Positions 59,592 through 64,000 of a stretch of DNA of 64,000 nucleotides are shown piece by piece. The stretch covers positions 36,783 to 100,782 of the forward strand of contig JBBABV010000001.1 of assembly GCA_041657445.1 (NCBI GenBank). The letters run 5' to 3'. The notes under the pieces were generated by a model. It searched no databases. It was not told the DNA's origin and worked only from the letters and a program-made list of their open reading frames with translations. Position 1 is the stretch's first letter. Each line of letters begins with the position of its first letter. The translations under genes were made by a program, and so were the position numbers. This DNA is from Minisyncoccota bacterium (lineage in GTDB: Bacteria; Patescibacteriota; Minisyncoccia; Phycocordibacterales; UBA9973).

Positions 59592-61106
59592 ATGGAAAAA
59601 ACGACATCAAAACAAATAGGTGCATATATTAAAAAATTAAGAGAAAGAAAAGATATTACTCAAGGAAAATTAGCTAAACTCCTTGCTACCTCTCAAAGTG
59701 CCGTTGCTAGGATGGAGAAAGGTGAACAAAACTTCACTACCGACATTCTAAAGAAGATTGGTAAGATTCTCGGAGAGAATATAATATCCGTAAACACCTC
59801 TCTTGATTTTGAGATAAATGGAGGAAAAAAGTTAAGTGGAGAGATTACTACAGGCTACTCAAAAAATGGCTCTGTTGGTCTTCTCTGTGCTTCCCTTCTT
59901 AATAAGGGAATCACTACTCTCCACGGTATAGCACGAATTGAAGAGGTATATAGAGTAATAGAGATATTAGAGAGTATCGGTGCAAATGTAGAATGGATTG
60001 AGAAGAATTCAGTAAGAATCACCCCACCAAAAACTTTTAATATGCGAAATATCAATAGAGAATCCGCTATCAAGACTCGCTCTATCATAATGTTCATTGG
60101 TCCACTAATTCATTTTCTAAACAATTTTTACCTTCCTCATGCTGAAGGATGTAAATTAGGAAAGAGAACCATTAGTGCTCACAAATATGCACTAGAAGAG
60201 CTAGGGGTAAATATTAAGACTACAAACAATAGATACATTGTGTCAACTTCTGAGTTAAGACCAGGAAAAATAGTAATGTATGAATCAGGAGACACTGCTT
60301 GTGAAAATGCTTTAATGACTTCAGCTAGAATTGAAGGGAAAACAATCATTGAATGTGCAAGTGGAAACTACATGGTGCAAGAAATGTGCTTTTTCCTTGA
60401 AAAACTTGGGGTAAGGATTGAAGGGATCGGCACAGGCACTCTTATAATCCACGGAGTGAAAGACATAAATCTTAATGTAGAGTATTCAAACAGTGAAGAC
60501 CCTATTGAATCAATGATGTTCATCTCTACTGCTATAGCTACTGATTCCAAGTTGACTATTAAAAAATGCCCAATTGATTTTCTAACTCTTGAACTATATA
60601 AACTTAAAACAATGGGATTAAAGTATAAAGTGCTTGATAGATATTTTTCAAATAATGGTAAAACTAAACTCATTGATATAGAAATAAGACCAAGTAGATT
60701 AATTGCACCTGAAGATAAAATTCATGCGAATCCATATCCAGGCATAAATATAGACAATCTTCCATTCTTTGGCCCTATTGCGATTAAAGCAAAAGGCACT
60801 ACTTTAATTCATGATTGGTTCTATGAAAACAGAGCTATATACTTCACTGAATTAAATCGTCTTGGTGCAAATGTTACACTTCTTGATCCACACAGAGTAT
60901 ATATAAATGGAGGAACAAAACTTAAAGGAGCACAGATAGTCTGCCCTCCTGCTTTAAGACCTTCAATGGTAATACTAATCTGTATGCTTGCCTCTGAAGG
61001 TACATCTGTATTACGAAATGTATATATGATAAATAGAGGGTATGAAGAAATAGCAGAGAGATTGAATAGCATAGGAACAGATATAAAAGTGATGAACGGT
61101 ATTTAA
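59592..61106 (+). CDS. murA: XRE-family HTH domain fused to UDP-N-acetylglucosamine 1-carboxyvinyltransferase (MurA)
   Basis: Residues 1-65 form a Cro/C1-type HTH (IGAYIKKLRERKDITQGKLAKLLATSQSAVARMEKGEQNFT). From about residue 75 the protein is a full-length MurA/EPT fold (INGGKKLSGEI...KNGSV, active-site loop AEGCKLGKR with the Cys). There is no stop or start codon between the two parts. Confidence 0.75.
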   Translation: MEKTTSKQIGAYIKKLRERKDITQGKLAKLLATSQSAVARMEKGEQNFTTDILKKIGKILGENIISVNTSLDFEINGGKKLSGEITTGYSKNGSVGLLCASLLNKGITTLHGIARIEEVYRVIEILESIGANVEWIEKNSVRITPPKTFNMRNINRESAIKTRSIIMFIGPLIHFLNNFYLPHAEGCKLGKRTISAHKYALEELGVNIKTTNNRYIVSTSELRPGKIVMYESGDTACENALMTSARIEGKTIIECASGNYMVQEMCFFLEKLGVRIEGIGTGTLIIHGVKDINLNVEYSNSEDPIESMMFISTAIATDSKLTIKKCPIDFLTLELYKLKTMGLKYKVLDRYFSNNGKTKLIDIEIRPSRLIAPEDKIHANPYPGINIDNLPFFGPIAIKAKGTTLIHDWFYENRAIYFTELNRLGANVTLLDPHRVYINGGTKLKGAQIVCPPALRPSMVILICMLASEGTSVLRNVYMINRGYEEIAERLNSIGTDIKVMNGI

Positions 61107-61982
61107 ATGAATTCAAAAATTAAATCATATATTATAGTAATACTTGGTCAAACTGCTACAGGAAAAAGTGATTTAGCAGTAGAAATAGCAAGAAGAATTA
61201 AACCACCCGCAAAAGGTGAAATCATCTCTGCAGATTCAAGACAAGTGTATAAAGGTCTTGATTTAGGAAGCGGAAAGATAACAGAGAGAGAAATGAGGGG
61301 TGTCCCCCATTATCTGCTTAATGTTGCAAATCCAAAGAGAAGATTTACAGTTACAGAATATCAAAAGTTAGCAAATGAGAAAATAAATGAAATCCTAAAA
61401 CGAGGAAATGTCCCTATCATCTGCGGAGGAACAGGATTCTATATTGATGCTATTACTAAAGGAATAGTCTTTCCAGAAGTTCCACCTAATACTAAATTAA
61501 GAAAATTGCTTGAAAATAAATCCTCTTCTGAACTTTTTTTGATGTTAAAAAAACTTGATAGAAATAGAGCAAAAAGTATTGATAAGAACAATAAGAGAAG
61601 AATAATCAGAGCTATTGAGATAATAAAAAAAATAGGGAAAGTACCAAAAACATCTTTTAAAAAAGTTCCTTATGAATTCATTAAAATTGGGCTCTACTTA
61701 CCAAACGATATACTAAAGAAAAGGATTGAAAAAAGACTGCAAAAGAGAATTAAGTCAGGTATGATAAATGAAATAAAGAAATTACATAAAAATGAACTTT
61801 CTTACAAAAGACTTGAGGAATTAGGGCTTGAGTATAGATTTGTAGCACAGTATCTGCAAGGTAAATCAACTAAGGAAGAGATGATTAATAGATTAATCAA
61901 CGAAATCTATCACTTTGCAAATCGCCAAATACAGTGGTTTAAAAGAGATACAGATATTATCTGGGTGGATGCAAGTAAATGA
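61107..61982 (+). CDS. miaA: tRNA dimethylallyltransferase
   Basis: P-loop ILGQTATGKSDLAVEIA. Its start abuts the murA stop. Confidence 0.85.
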   Translation: MNSKIKSYIIVILGQTATGKSDLAVEIARRIKPPAKGEIISADSRQVYKGLDLGSGKITEREMRGVPHYLLNVANPKRRFTVTEYQKLANEKINEILKRGNVPIICGGTGFYIDAITKGIVFPEVPPNTKLRKLLENKSSSELFLMLKKLDRNRAKSIDKNNKRRIIRAIEIIKKIGKVPKTSFKKVPYEFIKIGLYLPNDILKKRIEKRLQKRIKSGMINEIKKLHKNELSYKRLEELGLEYRFVAQYLQGKSTKEEMINRLINEIYHFANRQIQWFKRDTDIIWVDASK

Positions 61983-61990
61983 ATCAATAA

Positions 61991-62854
61991 TTATTGACTA
62001 TTTTCCCTTTTCCTTACAAAGAATTTTTTAGAGAAGTTCTTTCCCATTATTTCATCAATTGCATCAGTAAAAGAGTCATCAGTAAAATCATCCCCTTTAA
62101 ACATACTACAGAAAAATGCTTCTTTCACATAATGAGGTGAAAAATTAGTTTTTTCTGCTATTTGTAGAATAAGATAATCAAGATACTCAATGTTCAAATC
62201 ATAATAAGATTGATTCTTGATTATTTCCAACAATTTTTTATCAAGGAATTGATATTTTATATATTCCGTGAAAATTTCTTCAGCAAATTTTTCTGTAACA
62301 GCTTCGTTTAAAAAATCAATACAATTCATTTCATTACTACTACAGAGAGTATCATTACCATCCTCTACTTTATTAGCAATAAAATAATCAACCCTAAATC
62401 CAGTTTTAATTCTTTCCATAAATAAATTGTTTTCTTCAATCCTGACATGTTTTTGATGAGAAAGTGCATGAGTCTCTTCATGGCAAGCAACACGAAGCAC
62501 AGATAATTTAAACAATTTATTATTCAATGATTGATCTAAAATTTTATTAGTATTAATTAAAATATTTTTTGTATATATATTATATAATCCCAATGGAGCT
62601 TCTTTACCTTTTATTTCCCCTATTAGAAGTCCTGTTTTAAAGTTCTCACCCTTAAAATCTTTTACATACTTTTTTATTCTATTAATAAAAATTCTTTTTA
62701 ATAATTTGTAGTCAATACTTTCTAATGCTTCTTTAAGAAGTGAGGACTTTTCGTATATAAGTCCTTTAATGTGATCTATGTGCTCCCTTTCAACAAGATT
62801 ATCTTTTAACTCACTTATATTACCTCCATTATGAATTTTGAAATGTTCCCTCAT
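61991..62854 (-). CDS. Hypothetical protein with zincin-like HEXXH motif
   Basis: 287 aa containing VACHEETHALSHQKH. No other recognisable domain. Confidence 0.4.
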   Translation of the reverse strand: MREHFKIHNGGNISELKDNLVEREHIDHIKGLIYEKSSLLKEALESIDYKLLKRIFINRIKKYVKDFKGENFKTGLLIGEIKGKEAPLGLYNIYTKNILINTNKILDQSLNNKLFKLSVLRVACHEETHALSHQKHVRIEENNLFMERIKTGFRVDYFIANKVEDGNDTLCSSNEMNCIDFLNEAVTEKFAEEIFTEYIKYQFLDKKLLEIIKNQSYYDLNIEYLDYLILQIAEKTNFSPHYVKEAFFCSMFKGDDFTDDSFTDAIDEIMGKNFSKKFFVRKRENSQ

Positions 62855-62889
62855 AAAATTGAATTATAATTTATAATAATTAATTCTTT

Positions 62890-62963
62890 TGGCGGGCGAT
62901 GAGGGAATCGAACCCCCGACATCAGTTTTGGAGACCGAAGTTATACCACTTAACTAATCGCCC
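62890..62963 (-). tRNA. tRNA-Trp (anticodon CCA), CCA encoded
   Basis: The minus strand reads GGGCGAUUAGUUAAGUGGUAUAACUUCGGUCUCCAAAACUGAUGUCGGGGGUUCGAUUCCCUCAUCGCCCGCCA. Anticodon loop is CU-CCA-AA and the T-loop is GUUCGAUUC. Confidence 0.85.
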
Positions 62964-63128
62964 TTAACTCCAGTCCTTGTATCTTCAAAAAGAAGAATGC
63001 GAGGCTGGAGAATAGGAAATGTAAATTATAAATAAACATTTCCGAAAAATACAAAGAACTCGTGACAAACATTTGCCACACTACTATTGTAGCATATGTT
63101 AAAAAGTTGCAAAAAGCATAAAAAGGAA

Positions 63129-63287
63129 TTATTTCTTTGTTTCTTTATGTTTGGTTTTCTTTTTGCACCATTTGCAGTATTTAACAAGTTCAATTTTCTT
63201 GGTGACAAGTTTTTTATTCTTACTTGACCAGTAATTGATTCTCTTGCAGTTTCCACAGGCAAGTTTTATAAGTCTATCTTGTGACAT
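63129..63287 (-). CDS. rpmG: 50S ribosomal protein L33
   Basis: MSQDRLIKLACGNCKRINYWSSKNKK...YCKWCKKKTKHKE is a Zn-ribbon L33. I trimmed the start to the ATG at 63287. Confidence 0.85.
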   Translation of the reverse strand: MSQDRLIKLACGNCKRINYWSSKNKKLVTKKIELVKYCKWCKKKTKHKETKK

Positions 63288-63324
63288 GCTGTATATACTA
63301 ATATAAAAACACTTAAATAGCAAA

Positions 63325-64000
63325 CTAAATAATAACCCTAGGTAGTAATGCGGAAATTCTAGAAGTAACCTCATAATTTATAGTCCCAGCCATTTCTGCA
63401 AGATTCTCTGCATTAATAGTGTTCCTACCTTGAGTGCCGAGTAATACTACCTCGTCCTCATCCTTTACATCTTTCACCTTTGTAACATCAACTACAAACA
63501 TATTCATAGCTACTCTACCTAAAATCCTGCACTTTTTGCCTCTGATTAATACTTCACCTTCATTAGAAAGACTTCTGTTATATCCATCTGCATATCCTTG
63601 TGGAATTACTGCTATTTTAATCGGTTTGTAAGTGGTAAATGATAGGCCATATCCCACAGTATGTCCTGCAGGAAGATTCTTTACTAATGCAATATGTGTC
63701 TTCCAAGATAAAACTGGAAAAAGTTTTAATTTATTTTTGTATAAAAACTTAATATGCTCTGAAGGCCAAAGTCCATAAACTCCAATGCCAAGACGAATGA
63801 TTGGGTGTATCCCTTTATTTCTTTCATAGACTAAAAGCCCAGAAGTAGCTGATATGTGAGTATCAAGATTTGTAAATCCATATTTTTCTGCAAGACTTAT
63901 TGCTTCTTTATACCTTTCAATTTGTTTTTCTGCATGAGTAAAATTATTTGTGTCTTCAATGTTTGCAAAATGTGCATAAATTCCTGTTAACTTAACATTT
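63325..64000 (-). CDS. alr: Alanine racemase, partial (5' end beyond window)
   Basis: The frame is open through to the window end. The C-terminal beta-domain motifs VGYG...IPQGYADGY...GRVAMNMFVVDV are present. The track ORF began at a GTG. Confidence 0.7.
   Translation of the reverse strand, partial: NVKLTGIYAHFANIEDTNNFTHAEKQIERYKEAISLAEKYGFTNLDTHISATSGLLVYERNKGIHPIIRLGIGVYGLWPSEHIKFLYKNKLKLFPVLSWKTHIALVKNLPAGHTVGYGLSFTTYKPIKIAVIPQGYADGYNRSLSNEGEVLIRGKKCRILGRVAMNMFVVDVTKVKDVKDEDEVVLLGTQGRNTINAENLAEMAGTINYEVTSRISALLPRVII

Noticed and set aside
63040-63080. Terminator hairpin for rpmG (GTGACAAA/TTTGCCAC)
   Set aside because: The stem has a mismatch and the loop is too small. A-tract or T-tract support is weak.
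1-64000. CRISPR arrays, rRNA genes, transposases, integrases
   Set aside because: No spaced direct repeats and no ORF with DDE or tyrosine/serine recombinase motifs were seen. Mobile-element borders for the R-M and TA modules are therefore not evident.

Overview
This 64-kb window is very AT-rich (roughly 30% GC) and densely packed with bacterial genes. Several proteins are notably short (a 359-aa DnaX-like gamma/tau protein, a 488-aa Rel, a 300-aa short-form Gnd), and one locus fuses a helix-turn-helix domain to MurA. This fits a small-genome, Patescibacteria/CPR-like or similarly reduced low-GC bacterium, but I cannot confirm the phylum from sequence alone.

Most of the window is core housekeeping. 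It holds a partial cell-wall/division cluster (dacA-like, mraY, ftsW, murG, mrdA, ftsQ-like), scpAB, gltX, serS and topA, together with rel, dprA, parB, miaA and dus. Ribosomal proteins L27, L9 and L33 each sit alone, away from other ribosomal genes.

One strand carries a roughly 35-kb co-directional run of genes. Within it, zwf-gnd-pgl is followed immediately by a contiguous purine supra-operon (guaB, purA, purL, purQ, purF, purN, purD, purE, purM, purC, purB), then an ABC exporter, a DedA protein and an RND/membrane-fusion efflux pair.

There are three tRNAs: Leu-CAA, Trp-CCA and a Gln-UUG. The Gln-UUG tRNA is not obvious at first. It sits in the GC-rich island just downstream of dnaX, and I initially mistook it for an SRP RNA.

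The accessory content is where the novelty lies:
- a compact Type II restriction-modification pair (a C5 cytosine methyltransferase plus an unclassifiable 386-aa partner) with its own terminator;
- a HicB/HicA-like toxin-antitoxin module whose toxin gene is frameshifted exactly at a (CA)5 dinucleotide tract, with a palindromic operator upstream;
- a small islet around the isolated rpmA gene, containing a membrane protein with an Ada-like C-terminal module and an FtsJ-like methyltransferase;
- an unusual continuous ORF fusing an XRE-type HTH domain to a full-length MurA, preceded by a perfect 16-bp palindrome.

I saw no CRISPR array, rRNA, transposase or integrase.

The supplied ORF track evidently accepts GTG/TTG starts. 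For example, the alr ORF begins at a GTG. Several ORF N-termini are therefore over-extended, and I trimmed them where the homology made the true start clear.
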